DNA from: Chlamydiota bacterium
Lineage (GTDB): Bacteria; Chlamydiota; Chlamydiia; Chlamydiales; JACKPQ01
Direction of reading: 5' to 3'
Length of the DNA: 64,000 nucleotides
NCBI GenBank assembly: GCA_021772435.1
Contig: JAJFLZ010000018.1
Location: 199 to 64,198, forward strand
In this document: positions 27,188 through 36,804 of the stretch, one piece after another
How the letters are laid out: each line of letters begins with the position of its first letter
Position numbering within the stretch: the stretch's first letter is position 1
The notes under the pieces: model-generated
Told to the model about the DNA's origin: nothing
What the model saw: the letters and a program-made list of their open reading frames with translations, nothing else
Database searches by the model: none
Position numbers and translations under genes: made by a program

Positions 27188-28165
27188 ATGACAACAATAT
27201 CAAATGATCTAACCACCCCGCCAATCACTCAGGACACTTCACCCCAAACACTTTCAGACAAATTGGACAGCCTCATGGGTCTTGTAAAAAAGCAAAATGA
27301 GACAATGGCTACTATGCAGACTCAGATACAGTTTCTAGTAGAAAAACAAACAGAAGACTATGCTGTTAAGCAAAAATGCTTAAAAATTATACAGACTCTA
27401 TGCCCAGAAGCAAAAATTGAAAACATCTCTGATGGCATTGTTCTATTCGCTGGAGATTTTAAGCAGCTACTTGAATTTTCTGGAAAAGTCACCCGAAATA
27501 ATAATCTTGGAAACATGGCATTGCAAGAAGATAATTACGAAAAAGCTAAAAGCCATTTCGAAATAGCTAAAATGGGTCTAGAACAGATACTCCCCAAAGC
27601 CAATTCAAACGTTCCCTTTTCACCGCTAGCTTCTTTTGATCCTATCTTAATATCTACGTATGAATCCTTAATGCAAAACCTGACAAAATGCGACACAAAA
27701 CTTTTATTAAAAAATAAAATCCAAGCTCAAGATGCTATAGCTAATATTAAAAAACTTCAAGTTTTCTATGAAGAACAAATGATCAGCGGAAAAATTGTCA
27801 TTGATGTAAAAAAACACAAGGCCTTAGATCATACGTTAGGCCTATACCTTTTTTTAAATAAAGATTACACAGCAGCTCTAACCATCCTTGAAGATGATCA
27901 TAAAATAAATCCTGACAATCTTTACACTCTTTATTGCATAGGGAATTGCCAAGATCAGCTAGGAAACACTGAAGTAGCAAAAGAAAACTACGAGAAACTA
28001 AACGAAAAGATCGATGCTGTTGAAACATACAAATTCTTTTCTGAATACTGCTTGGAATTTGAATTTGAACTCTTGATTGCTAAGCCTGTTGATTCTGCGG
28101 ACCAGAACAAAAAAGCAATGCAAGATAAAGTGAATACCCACTTAGAAAATCTGAATCTAGAGTAA
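27188..28165 (+). CDS. AT-rich hypothetical protein with TPR-like repeats
   Basis: 325-aa ORF with TPR-like segments (LGNMALQEDNYEKAKSHFEIA; LGLYLFLNKDYTAALTILE; LYCIGNCQDQLGNTEVAKENYEKL). There is no signal peptide. Confidence 0.6.
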   Translation: MTTISNDLTTPPITQDTSPQTLSDKLDSLMGLVKKQNETMATMQTQIQFLVEKQTEDYAVKQKCLKIIQTLCPEAKIENISDGIVLFAGDFKQLLEFSGKVTRNNNLGNMALQEDNYEKAKSHFEIAKMGLEQILPKANSNVPFSPLASFDPILISTYESLMQNLTKCDTKLLLKNKIQAQDAIANIKKLQVFYEEQMISGKIVIDVKKHKALDHTLGLYLFLNKDYTAALTILEDDHKINPDNLYTLYCIGNCQDQLGNTEVAKENYEKLNEKIDAVETYKFFSEYCLEFEFELLIAKPVDSADQNKKAMQDKVNTHLENLNLE

Positions 28166-28175
28166 TTAAATCAAC

Positions 28176-28273
28176 GGCACAACCTGTGACCTAATCTGTT
28201 CCGAATCTAAAACGTCAAAACGGTTACTAACGGCTGCATTTGCTATGGATTTTTATATCTAGATTAGGTCACA
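28176..28273. repeat. Inverted repeat pair (13-bp perfect arms tgtgacctaatct / agattaggtcaca, 63-nt spacer); member of a dispersed repeat family
   Basis: The arms lie at 28185-28197 and 28261-28273. The reverse complement of 28176-28213 matches 54254-54290 at about 33 of 38 positions. Confidence 0.7.
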
Positions 28274-28373
28274 ACTTGGGTTCAATTTACTTCGGCATAC
28301 ACAATGAAAAAATCCTCACTGGTATTTTAGTTTTAGATGTGATAGGATAGGTTATCAATTTACGTAAAATGGG

Positions 28374-30287
28374 ATGTCAAAGATGCGCAGATCAATCGCT
28401 TATATTGAACCAGCTAGCGCCACCGCCGGAGAGCGTGGCACGTGGAAATTTATCTATACGACAGCTTCGAATCTACCTAAGGGCACCAAGTGTAAATTTG
28501 ACTTGATGACTAAAGGGCGCGATATCGAATGGGAAGTGCCCGAGACTAGCCTGAAAAAGAAATCCAATGTGATCTGGATGGAGCTTCCTAATGGTAAGAG
28601 CGTGACTGCTGAGGCGATGACACCTAAGGACGCCTACACACCTTATTTTGAATTTACTCTGCCAGCAGAAGTTAAAGGCGGCGAGAGTATCGCTATTTTT
28701 ATGGGCAGCCCTGGCGGTGATCCTGTCAAAAATGGTTCCTTAGCTCAGCAATATGTCTATAGACGTAGGCCTTTTAACCTATACATCGATCCGAAGGGCA
28801 AGGGCAATTACAAAGAGCCCGAAGTTTTTGCAATGGATGTTAAAGGTGGCCCTTTGCATTCATTAAGAGTTATCGCCCCATCTATGGTTTCTAAAAATCA
28901 GCGTTTTGACATTATTGTGCGTTTTGAAGATTGCTACGGCAACCTCACATCCAACGCTCCTGAAGGCACGCTGATTGAACTAAGCTATAATAATCTACGT
29001 GAAAATTTGAATTGGAAGCTGTTTGTTCCAGAGACAGGTTTTATCGCCCTTCCGAATTTATACTTTAATGAATCTGGCCTATATCGCTTAAAGCTTGTAA
29101 ACATGATGGATAAGCAAGAGTTTCTCTCCGCGCCAATTAAGTGTTTTGATGAGGATGTTCCAGGTTTGTTCTGGGGCACGTTCCACGGTGAGTCCACACG
29201 CGTAGATTCAGCTGAAAATATCGAAACTGCTCTGCGCCATTTCCGCGATGACCAAGCAATGCAATTTTACGGCACGTCTTGCTTTGATACTGATCAAGAA
29301 ACACCGAATGAGATCTGGAAACTTATTTCTGTTCACGTGGCTGAATTTAACGAAGAAGACAGGTTCGCCACTTATCCAGGCTTTCAGTGGCAGGGGTCAC
29401 CTGGAACAGAAGGGATCCGCCAAATCATCCATCTCAAAGACAACAAGCCCTTGCTTCGAAGCAAAGATGTGAAAAGCAATCAGTTAAAGAAAATATACAA
29501 GTCATATTCTCCGAAGGATTTGCTCTCAATCCCTTCTTTTACAATGGCAAAAGGATACCACTACAACTTTAAAGAGCATGACACTGAAAGAGAACCCGTC
29601 GTAGAAATTTATAACAGCTGGGGCTGCTCTGAATGCACAGCCAAGGAAGGGAATCCCCGTCCGATTAAATCGCTTGGAAAAAAAGGTCTCTCTGAAGTTT
29701 CTGACGGCTCAATCAGAGCAGCATTGAATAGCGGCTGTCGATTTGGTTTTGTTGCTGGTGGCTTAGATGACCGCGGCATTTACACAGATTTATTTAAGAG
29801 CGATCAGGTTCAGTACAGCCCCGGATTAACAGCTGTGATGGCCGGATCACACGCACGCGATAGCTTAGCCGCCGCACTAAACCGCAAAGCTTGCTACGCA
29901 ACTACAGGGGCCCGCATGATCTTAGTCTCTAAAATTGCTGGTAAGGGCGTTGGCAGTGAACTATCCACTGAGATAAAACCCGGACTTTTGTACAACAGGC
30001 ATATCACAGGCCATGTCGCTGGTACAGCCCCGATTCAAGAGATTATGATTGTGCGTAACGGTGAGGTCTTCCACACCTACCATCCACATGAGATGGCGTT
30101 TGATTTTGAACTTGATGATAACGAACCTCTGGAAAATGTTGCCGTCTCAGCACCCGATGGTCGCCCCTCGTTTGTCTACTACTACATGCGTGTGATTCAA
30201 GAAGATGGCCATGTGGGTTGGGCCTCGCCTATTTGGGTCGATTTAGTCCCCCCAGCACCTTCAGCTAAAAAATCGAAGAAAAAATGA
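28374..30287 (+). CDS. Large hypothetical protein, tentatively DUF3604/PHP-like metallohydrolase fold with a degenerate metal motif
   Basis: 637-aa ORF. LFWGTFHGESTRVDS sits where related families have WGDLHxHS. ACYATTGARMIL and the C-terminal YYYMRVIQEDGHVGWASPIWV resemble DUF3604 ends. The family name is tentative. Confidence 0.4.
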   Translation: MSKMRRSIAYIEPASATAGERGTWKFIYTTASNLPKGTKCKFDLMTKGRDIEWEVPETSLKKKSNVIWMELPNGKSVTAEAMTPKDAYTPYFEFTLPAEVKGGESIAIFMGSPGGDPVKNGSLAQQYVYRRRPFNLYIDPKGKGNYKEPEVFAMDVKGGPLHSLRVIAPSMVSKNQRFDIIVRFEDCYGNLTSNAPEGTLIELSYNNLRENLNWKLFVPETGFIALPNLYFNESGLYRLKLVNMMDKQEFLSAPIKCFDEDVPGLFWGTFHGESTRVDSAENIETALRHFRDDQAMQFYGTSCFDTDQETPNEIWKLISVHVAEFNEEDRFATYPGFQWQGSPGTEGIRQIIHLKDNKPLLRSKDVKSNQLKKIYKSYSPKDLLSIPSFTMAKGYHYNFKEHDTEREPVVEIYNSWGCSECTAKEGNPRPIKSLGKKGLSEVSDGSIRAALNSGCRFGFVAGGLDDRGIYTDLFKSDQVQYSPGLTAVMAGSHARDSLAAALNRKACYATTGARMILVSKIAGKGVGSELSTEIKPGLLYNRHITGHVAGTAPIQEIMIVRNGEVFHTYHPHEMAFDFELDDNEPLENVAVSAPDGRPSFVYYYMRVIQEDGHVGWASPIWVDLVPPAPSAKKSKKK

Positions 30288-30433
30288 CGTTTTTGATTGC
30301 CTTTGGGCTAATTGCGCTGTGCGTAGTTGGCCTATCGATTGGCAAGCTGATCACAGGTAAGTCCAAATTCCATTGCAAACGCTGCTCAAAGCCAGATGAA
30401 GATTGCCCCAGATGCGGCAAGAAAAAAGATTAA
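30284..30433 (+). CDS. Single-TM Cys4 mini-protein, NqrM (DUF539)-like (below ORF-track cutoff)
   Basis: Hand translation gives MTFLIAFGLIALCVVGLSIGKLITGKSKFHCKRCSKPDEDCPRCGKKKD (49 aa). An ATGA overlap couples it to the upstream gene. It has an N-terminal TM followed by CxxC...CxxC. Confidence 0.45.
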   Translation: MTFLIAFGLIALCVVGLSIGKLITGKSKFHCKRCSKPDEDCPRCGKKKD

Positions 30434-31171
30434 CTATTTTGAATATGTCTGCAGGAATTGCTCTATCGTGAAGTGTCGTTCGTTTTCTGGTAACATCGTG
30501 GCTTTATGCACATCAAAACTGCGTTTTTTAAACTCTTTGCAATCGCTTGGATTATCAATTTTAATTTTGAGGATTTGTAGCAGCATTTGAGGGGTTTGGC
30601 CTTTTTGGACTAATTCTTCTTTTTGGGCATAGGCTTTAGCGTAATCAGCTGCCCGCACCATCAAGGCAGCGTCTTGTTTAACTTGCTCAAATGTCTTGCT
30701 AGAATTGACATCTAGCCATTGCTTAAAGTCTTCCGATTTGATTTCTTTTACTACCTCATCGTATTGCGCTTTTGTCTCTGTATGATCTCGGTACAGTTGC
30801 GCCACTGTTTTTAAGCTGCTAAATCGATTTGCTTTTTTCTTTTGTCCCTTAAAATTTATTACTTCTCTTTTTGCCACCGCCACATAATCGATTTTCTTTT
30901 TTTGACAACAGCAAAAGATGCGTTTAAGGCATAGACAAATTGATCGAAAGCACCCGCTGATGCAGTTGCAGATTTTTGTGCAACACGAGGGTCCTTTTTT
31001 TGGCTTTGGTTTTGGCTTTGGTTTAGAGATTGTGTCTTTGATCGGAATTTCAGTTGGACCTGTGGGCTTATTACATGGTGTATTTAGGATTGACGCTGTT
31101 AAATCTTGCTTGGGCGGTACTACCCGAAATTTGGCCCTAGGCGTGTACGGCGTTTGTGTGATTCTGGCCAT
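30434..31171 (-). CDS. Hypothetical protein with (KP)n repeat and a 10-cysteine hydrophobic cluster
   Basis: 245-aa ORF. It has KPKPKPKPKK (nt 30995-31024) followed by SCCTKICNCISGCFRSICLCLKRIFCCCQ (nt 30902-30988), then a helical C-terminal half. No motif recognised. Confidence 0.65.
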   Translation of the reverse strand: MARITQTPYTPRAKFRVVPPKQDLTASILNTPCNKPTGPTEIPIKDTISKPKPKPKPKKGPSCCTKICNCISGCFRSICLCLKRIFCCCQKKKIDYVAVAKREVINFKGQKKKANRFSSLKTVAQLYRDHTETKAQYDEVVKEIKSEDFKQWLDVNSSKTFEQVKQDAALMVRAADYAKAYAQKEELVQKGQTPQMLLQILKIKIDNPSDCKEFKKRSFDVHKATMLPENERHFTIEQFLQTYSK

Positions 31172-31232
31172 GATTTACCTATTTTTAACAAGGTTATACT
31201 ATTTTACGTCTTAAAACCCAAGCACAGAAAAG

Positions 31233-31850
31233 GTGGCATACGCTAAAATACGGAATATGCTGATATTAGGTTCAAGCTCGCCCAGACGCAGAGAAATTTT
31301 AAGCCACTATAACATCCCTTTTTCGGTTGCAACGCCTCCTTATGATGAGAAGAGTTTTGTCTTTGATGGAGAACCGAAAAATTATGTGCAAAAACTAGCT
31401 CGCGAAAAAAGCTTGTCCATCGCCGGGGAGTTTGAATCAGAGGATGCCCTACTTACAGCTGACACTGTCGTTGTTAAAGATGGCCAAATTTTTTCAAAGC
31501 CTGAGACACTAGAAGAAGCATTCGAAATGCTTTTGGATTTGGCTGGAAAAACCCATGTTGTCCATAGCGGTGTCTGTATCAGGTGTGGTGTGCAGGAATT
31601 TTGCGCTGTGGAATCAACAGAGGTCACTTTTTGCCCGCTCACAGAGCATCAAATCCGCAAATTTCACTCAGCTGTCAACCCACTTGACAAGGCCGGCGCT
31701 TATGCCATACAGGGTAGCGGCGGGCTCTTGATCGAGAAAATTGTGGGCAACTACGACAACGTCATGGGCCTCCCCATGCAAACTGTCTCTAAACTTTTAA
31801 GCAAAGTGGATATTCATTTATGGGATTACGTCTCACCCTCTTCACTTTAG
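31233..31850 (+). CDS. maf: Maf-like nucleoside triphosphate pyrophosphatase
   Basis: 205-aa ORF with LILGSSSPRRREIL, DTVV and DKAGAYAIQG motifs. The start is GTG 31233 or ATG 31257. Confidence 0.88.
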   Translation: MAYAKIRNMLILGSSSPRRREILSHYNIPFSVATPPYDEKSFVFDGEPKNYVQKLAREKSLSIAGEFESEDALLTADTVVVKDGQIFSKPETLEEAFEMLLDLAGKTHVVHSGVCIRCGVQEFCAVESTEVTFCPLTEHQIRKFHSAVNPLDKAGAYAIQGSGGLLIEKIVGNYDNVMGLPMQTVSKLLSKVDIHLWDYVSPSSL

Positions 31851-33478
31851 CATCTCTTTCTCTATTTGCCTCTGAGCAGATGCTGTACCTCGTGCAATCT
31901 GGCGATGTGCAAAAAGGGATCGACATGTATTTGGACGGGAAAAAAAAGGATGAGCATCACGATTTTGAAATTTTGCAGCAAATGGGCCATATTTTGCTTG
32001 AGCAAGGAGCAAATTCTAGCGATCCTGAAATCCAATTGCTCAGTATCTACGGCTGCGGCATCGCAGGCAAATCAGATACTCTCTCGATTTTTGAAAAAGC
32101 CATCACAAGCCCCAATCCCCTATCGCAAATGGCTGCTATCCAATTTTTGGGATCTCTTGATGACGATCGCAGTAGCCAAATATTGACTTTAGCTTTTAAT
32201 AGCCAGTATTTAGGCGTTAGATTAGAAGCTGCTTATCGCTTAGCGCAAAGAAAAAATCCACTTGCCACCCAGCAGTTAGAAGCCCTGATGCTTAAGTTGC
32301 CGCCACCGCTGCGTGTTTATTTCCCCGAGTTTTATGCCTTGATCGGATCGCCTAAGGCGATTAGTTTGCTCAAAAGTTTGATGAACGATCAAGAGTTGAA
32401 TGTGCGCAGTGCAGCCCTATTGTCTGCTGCTGATTACGGTAGAGATGATCTTTTGGGCTATATGCGCGCTGCAGCTACGCATAAAAATCCAGCTGAGCTA
32501 GAGGTTAGCGCGGTCGCTCTGGGTAGACTTGGCGATACGCATTCGCGTGATACGATCAAAAAGATGCTCAAATCGCCTTATGATAGTGTTAAACTAGCTG
32601 CTTTACGCAGCTTAAGCATGCTTGGAGAAACAACATGTGCAAGCGCAATCGAAGAGCTAGCAAAAAAGGGCGATCTGTTTGCTATCTTGGCATTAGGTGC
32701 ATTTCCCGAGAGCATTGAGGTGCTCAAGTTATTTCTACATTCAGATAATCAAGACCAAAAACTCAATGCCTGCTTAGCTCTTTTGCAGCTCAAAGACCCC
32801 GACTGCACGCTTCCTGTTGCTGAGCTCTTGACAGCACGCCCACTCGAATGCGCGTGCCAACCCATTTTTTCGACGGGAAGAGCGCAATCGGCTTGGCGCT
32901 TTGCCCCAGCATCGGAGCGCTACGCAAAACTCACGCAAACCGATGTGATCTCCATTACACTCGATCTCAAAGAGCGCATGTTAATCGGAGCTCTTGAACT
33001 TCCAGAGGAAAACTTCTTAGATATTGCGGACCTCATTTTGCACCATCGCGTGATTCCACTCATTCCAACACTTGCCCACTTGCTTGAAAATAAAAAAACA
33101 GAAGGCGCCATCGCTCTTTTAAAAAAACACACGAATGCAATCGGATCTCCACTGGTGCGTGGCTATTGCAACCTAGCCCTCTTTCGCCTAGGAGAAGAAG
33201 GGCCGTACGAAACAGCTGTCATTACAGAGACAATGCGCTTAAAAGATTCTGAAATCATTCGCTTTCGCCCGGCAGCTCCCAAGCAAGAAAAAGGAATGAG
33301 TTTTTCTCCATTTGCACTAACTCCAGAAGAAACATCGCGCTTGCTTATCGATTCATATCAAACGCTAGCAGAGCGTCACGACACCAAAAGTATCGATATT
33401 TTACTGCGCTCGATCGGCGATGGTCATCCAAAAAATCGCTATGCGTTAGCTGGACTCTTGCTCAAGGCCCTCCAGTAG
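31820..33478 (+). CDS. Secreted HEAT/PBS-lyase-type repeat protein
   Basis: 552-aa ORF with a signal peptide (LTLFTLASLSLFASE). It has repeated helical units with V/IR..AA..L spacing (GVRLEAAYRLAQ, NVRSAALLSAADYG, SVKLAALRSLSMLG). Confidence 0.6.
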   Translation: MGLRLTLFTLASLSLFASEQMLYLVQSGDVQKGIDMYLDGKKKDEHHDFEILQQMGHILLEQGANSSDPEIQLLSIYGCGIAGKSDTLSIFEKAITSPNPLSQMAAIQFLGSLDDDRSSQILTLAFNSQYLGVRLEAAYRLAQRKNPLATQQLEALMLKLPPPLRVYFPEFYALIGSPKAISLLKSLMNDQELNVRSAALLSAADYGRDDLLGYMRAAATHKNPAELEVSAVALGRLGDTHSRDTIKKMLKSPYDSVKLAALRSLSMLGETTCASAIEELAKKGDLFAILALGAFPESIEVLKLFLHSDNQDQKLNACLALLQLKDPDCTLPVAELLTARPLECACQPIFSTGRAQSAWRFAPASERYAKLTQTDVISITLDLKERMLIGALELPEENFLDIADLILHHRVIPLIPTLAHLLENKKTEGAIALLKKHTNAIGSPLVRGYCNLALFRLGEEGPYETAVITETMRLKDSEIIRFRPAAPKQEKGMSFSPFALTPEETSRLLIDSYQTLAERHDTKSIDILLRSIGDGHPKNRYALAGLLLKALQ

Positions 33479-33494
33479 TGTTATATTAGATGGC

Positions 33495-35555
33495 ATGCGC
33501 GTATTTGCCCTTCTAGCTCTTTGCTCCTCTGTTTTTGCAAAAGAAGCAACCGTTGATCTTTTAAACCCCGTTTATCAAGACGGTGTCATGACAACAGAAA
33601 GCGGAGGCGTCATCTCTGGGAAAAACCTGAGAATTCAAGCTAAGCACATTCACTACGACACTCTAAAACGCTCAATTTTAGCAGAAGGTGATTTACTCGT
33701 TGAGCACGAAAACCACTTTTTTGTAGGGAAAAAATTCACATACAATTTTTTGACGAAATCAGGAACTGTTTACGATGGAACAACGTTTGAAGATTTGTGG
33801 TTTTTAGGTGGCAAAAAAATCACCCTAATGCCCGATGGCAGCTACCGCATTCAAGGAGCATTTATCACCACCAGCGACAATAAAGATCGCACTTGGGATA
33901 TTTATTCTCACAGCACAAGTGTAACACCTGACTCTTATCTGGTTGCTCAAACTCCTAAATTTCGCGTCCTTGGCGCGCCCGTTCTTATCCTGCCATCGCT
34001 TAAAAGCGATCTAAAATGGCAGCCCAAAAGTCCTGTGAGCTACCAAGCGGGCTGGATAAAAGGGCAAGGACCGCGCATTTCTGCTGAATACCGCGTCTAC
34101 TCATGGGAAGACGTTAACATCTTCTCTAGGCTTGAGGTGCGACCCGATTTTCAAAAACTGGGCATTACAGGCGCCCTAGAAACATCCTATCTACCCAAAA
34201 ATAGCCAAACGCGTTTTGTATCAAAAAACTTCATCCAAAAAGACACCTTTTTTAATGACAACGATCCAGGCAAAGAAAGCTTTAGATTTCGCGCTCAAGG
34301 CTTAATCAATTCCGAAAACAAAGAAAAAACAAATACTTTTCACACGAGTTGGGACTGGTACGACGACAAAAACCTGCCGCTCACGTTTCAAGGCGATAAT
34401 TTTGCTCATAATAAAGCGCAAGAAACTGAAATGCTCATTCGGCGTATTGGTGATAAAACAATCTCAGGCTTTTATTTCAGGCCAAGAATTAACAGCTTTC
34501 AGGGCTTTAACCAGCAGCTTCCGGCGCTAAATCTTTCCTTGCACCCGATCGAAATTGGGAAATCTGGCGTGATCATGGAAAACAACACGCGCGCTGCTTA
34601 CCTCAATTACGTCTACTCTGATGATGTCGATGGCCTTATCCCTGATTTTCGCTCCGGGCGCCTAGAGATGGAACACAACCTCTACCGAGCCTTTAGAACA
34701 AAAGCCTTCACCTTCACCCCGCTTGCAGGCTTTTCGGGTATTTTTTACACAAATAGCCCCAACAAAGGAGAAGCCTCCCAAGCTATCTTTCACTACGAGG
34801 GGATGTTAGATACAAAGCTCTACCGCACCTACTCGCGCTACAAACACCAACTAGAGCCCTATTTGCACTACTACGGACTCACCTTCCCCACCATCCGCGT
34901 CGATGACTACTTCATCTACAGCATTGCCGATGGCTATAACCGGCTCAATACGCTCAAGCCTGGCATCAAAAATGCGCTCTACCTGCCAGGTGAGCTCATG
35001 CCAACGCTGTCTGCAGATCTATATTCTTACGCATTTTTTGGAGACCAAACCTACAAGCTGCTCATGCCCAAAACCTATCTCGATCTTTTATGGAATATTT
35101 CTAACGTCACATTTGGCGCTCATGGAGCCTGGAACTTTGAAGAATCTGTACTTGATACGGGCAATCTTTCGCTTCTCTGGACACTAAACGCAAACTTTGC
35201 GACCTATTTTGAATTTCGACACCGCAGCCGTTTTGATTGGCGCAAAGACCAGCGCTACAACTTCGTGCTCGATGTCACCCGCTCCATCGATGAGCTGTTA
35301 GATTCGCCCATTTCAGATGGTCGAAATACACTGCTGGCCAGATTTCAAATTAAGCTCCACCCTGAATGGATCCTTCGCGTTAGAACACACATGGGTTGGG
35401 GCCGCAGTGACGAACCATCCTACAGCGAAGGTACAATCGATTTACTCCATATGGTCACATCGTCATGGAAGCTGCGCACATCTTTAAGTTGGCTCGTTCC
35501 CACCAAAGGATTCACCGCCTTTAACGGTGCTCTCAACCTAACCAATCATTTCTAA
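33495..35555 (+). CDS. lptD: LptD/OstA-like outer-membrane LPS-assembly protein (tentative)
   Basis: 686-aa ORF with a signal peptide and an OstA-like N-terminal beta-jellyroll segment (GGVISGKNLRIQAKHIHYD...AEGDLLVEH). A long Tyr/aromatic-rich beta-strand region ends in an aromatic C-terminus (LNLTNHF). Confidence 0.55.
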   Translation: MRVFALLALCSSVFAKEATVDLLNPVYQDGVMTTESGGVISGKNLRIQAKHIHYDTLKRSILAEGDLLVEHENHFFVGKKFTYNFLTKSGTVYDGTTFEDLWFLGGKKITLMPDGSYRIQGAFITTSDNKDRTWDIYSHSTSVTPDSYLVAQTPKFRVLGAPVLILPSLKSDLKWQPKSPVSYQAGWIKGQGPRISAEYRVYSWEDVNIFSRLEVRPDFQKLGITGALETSYLPKNSQTRFVSKNFIQKDTFFNDNDPGKESFRFRAQGLINSENKEKTNTFHTSWDWYDDKNLPLTFQGDNFAHNKAQETEMLIRRIGDKTISGFYFRPRINSFQGFNQQLPALNLSLHPIEIGKSGVIMENNTRAAYLNYVYSDDVDGLIPDFRSGRLEMEHNLYRAFRTKAFTFTPLAGFSGIFYTNSPNKGEASQAIFHYEGMLDTKLYRTYSRYKHQLEPYLHYYGLTFPTIRVDDYFIYSIADGYNRLNTLKPGIKNALYLPGELMPTLSADLYSYAFFGDQTYKLLMPKTYLDLLWNISNVTFGAHGAWNFEESVLDTGNLSLLWTLNANFATYFEFRHRSRFDWRKDQRYNFVLDVTRSIDELLDSPISDGRNTLLARFQIKLHPEWILRVRTHMGWGRSDEPSYSEGTIDLLHMVTSSWKLRTSLSWLVPTKGFTAFNGALNLTNHF

Positions 35556-35646
35556 CCTATTTTTTATAAGTAGCTTGTGATAATTGCGACCTAAGGTTGC
35601 AAATATCCTTGTTTTTTGCTATGCTAGGTAGCAGATAGGAGAATAT

Positions 35647-36804
35647 ATGCATAAGCGATTTTTTGAACCTCCCGAAGGCAGCTATTTTTTATTCGGTCCC
35701 AGAGGCACAGGTAAATCTACTTGGCTCAAACGTCAATATCCAAAAGCCCTTTGGATCGATTTACTCGACCCGGAAACACTGCGCTTTTATGCAGCAGGCC
35801 CTGAAAGACTGCGCAGTATAATCGAAGAAAATCCAGCCACAAAGACAATCGTTATCGACGAAGTCCAAAAAGCACCCGATATTCTCAACGTCGTCCACAG
35901 TCTCATCGAAGAAAAACGTGGGTTCCAATTTGTTTTGACAGGATCTAGCTCTAGAAAACTGAAAAAACATGGTGTCAATCTGCTCGGTGGACGTGCTCTT
36001 TTACGTCACATGCCCACATTCTATGCAGCAGAACTAGGCGCGGATTTTGCGCTAGCAAAGAATTTAAAAATCGGGATGCTCCCTATTGTCAACGATTCGC
36101 CCCACCCTGCTGATGTTCTCAAAGCATATGCCGGCATCTATTTAAAAGAAGAAATTCAAGCTGAAGGGATTGTGCGCAATGTAGGCGACTTTGCTAGATT
36201 TTTAGAAACGATGAGTTTTTCTCATGCCAACCTTCTCAACGTTTCCAATATTTCTCGTGAATGCCATATCTCACGCAACACCGTGAACAGCTATCTACTC
36301 ATTTTGGAAGATCTACTCCTTTCTTTTCAGCTTTCTGTCTTTACCCGTAAAGCAAAAAGAGAACTTACACATCAGACCAAATTTTATTTTTTTGACTCTG
36401 GCGTTTATTACTCTATTCGTCCAAAAAATATTTACGATGTCGAAACTGAGCAAGAAGGTTTAGCCTTAGAAGGACTAGTAGCTCAGCATCTCAAAGCCTG
36501 GACCGATAGCCAACTAGAAAAACATCAATTGCATTTTTGGCGCACCAAAACACAAGTGGAAGTAGATTTTATCGTTTCAGGTCCTAGTTGTTTTCTGGCC
36601 ATTGAAGTTAAAAACAGTAAAACTGTGCACCCACAAGACACTCGCTCTTTGCAAATCTTCCTCGAGGACTATCCCCAAGCAACGCCCGTTTTACTCTATC
36701 GCGGTAATAAGCGGTACAAAGAAAAAAACGTTTTATGCTGCCCTGTGGATGATTTTTTAAAGTCCATTCATCCGGATAAAGCTATTGGCGGTGTTTTTTC
36801 TTGA
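35647..36804 (+). CDS. Orphan AAA+ ATPase (AAA_14 + DUF4143 type)
   Basis: 385-aa ORF with Walker A GPRGTGKST, Walker B VIDEVQ, and a C-terminal EVDFIV...IEVK nuclease-like motif. SD aggag lies upstream. Its 3' end overlaps convergent def by 23 nt. Confidence 0.8.
   Translation: MHKRFFEPPEGSYFLFGPRGTGKSTWLKRQYPKALWIDLLDPETLRFYAAGPERLRSIIEENPATKTIVIDEVQKAPDILNVVHSLIEEKRGFQFVLTGSSSRKLKKHGVNLLGGRALLRHMPTFYAAELGADFALAKNLKIGMLPIVNDSPHPADVLKAYAGIYLKEEIQAEGIVRNVGDFARFLETMSFSHANLLNVSNISRECHISRNTVNSYLLILEDLLLSFQLSVFTRKAKRELTHQTKFYFFDSGVYYSIRPKNIYDVETEQEGLALEGLVAQHLKAWTDSQLEKHQLHFWRTKTQVEVDFIVSGPSCFLAIEVKNSKTVHPQDTRSLQIFLEDYPQATPVLLYRGNKRYKEKNVLCCPVDDFLKSIHPDKAIGGVFS

Noticed and set aside
35584-35602. 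Hairpin ttgcgacc-taa-ggttgcaa after the lptD-like stop, considered as a rho-independent terminator
   Set aside because: The stem has 8 bp with one G-U pair, but the T-run (gtttttt, 35610-35616) begins 7-8 nt after the stem rather than directly adjacent. It could equally be an operator for the downstream ATPase gene. The evidence is insufficient either way.
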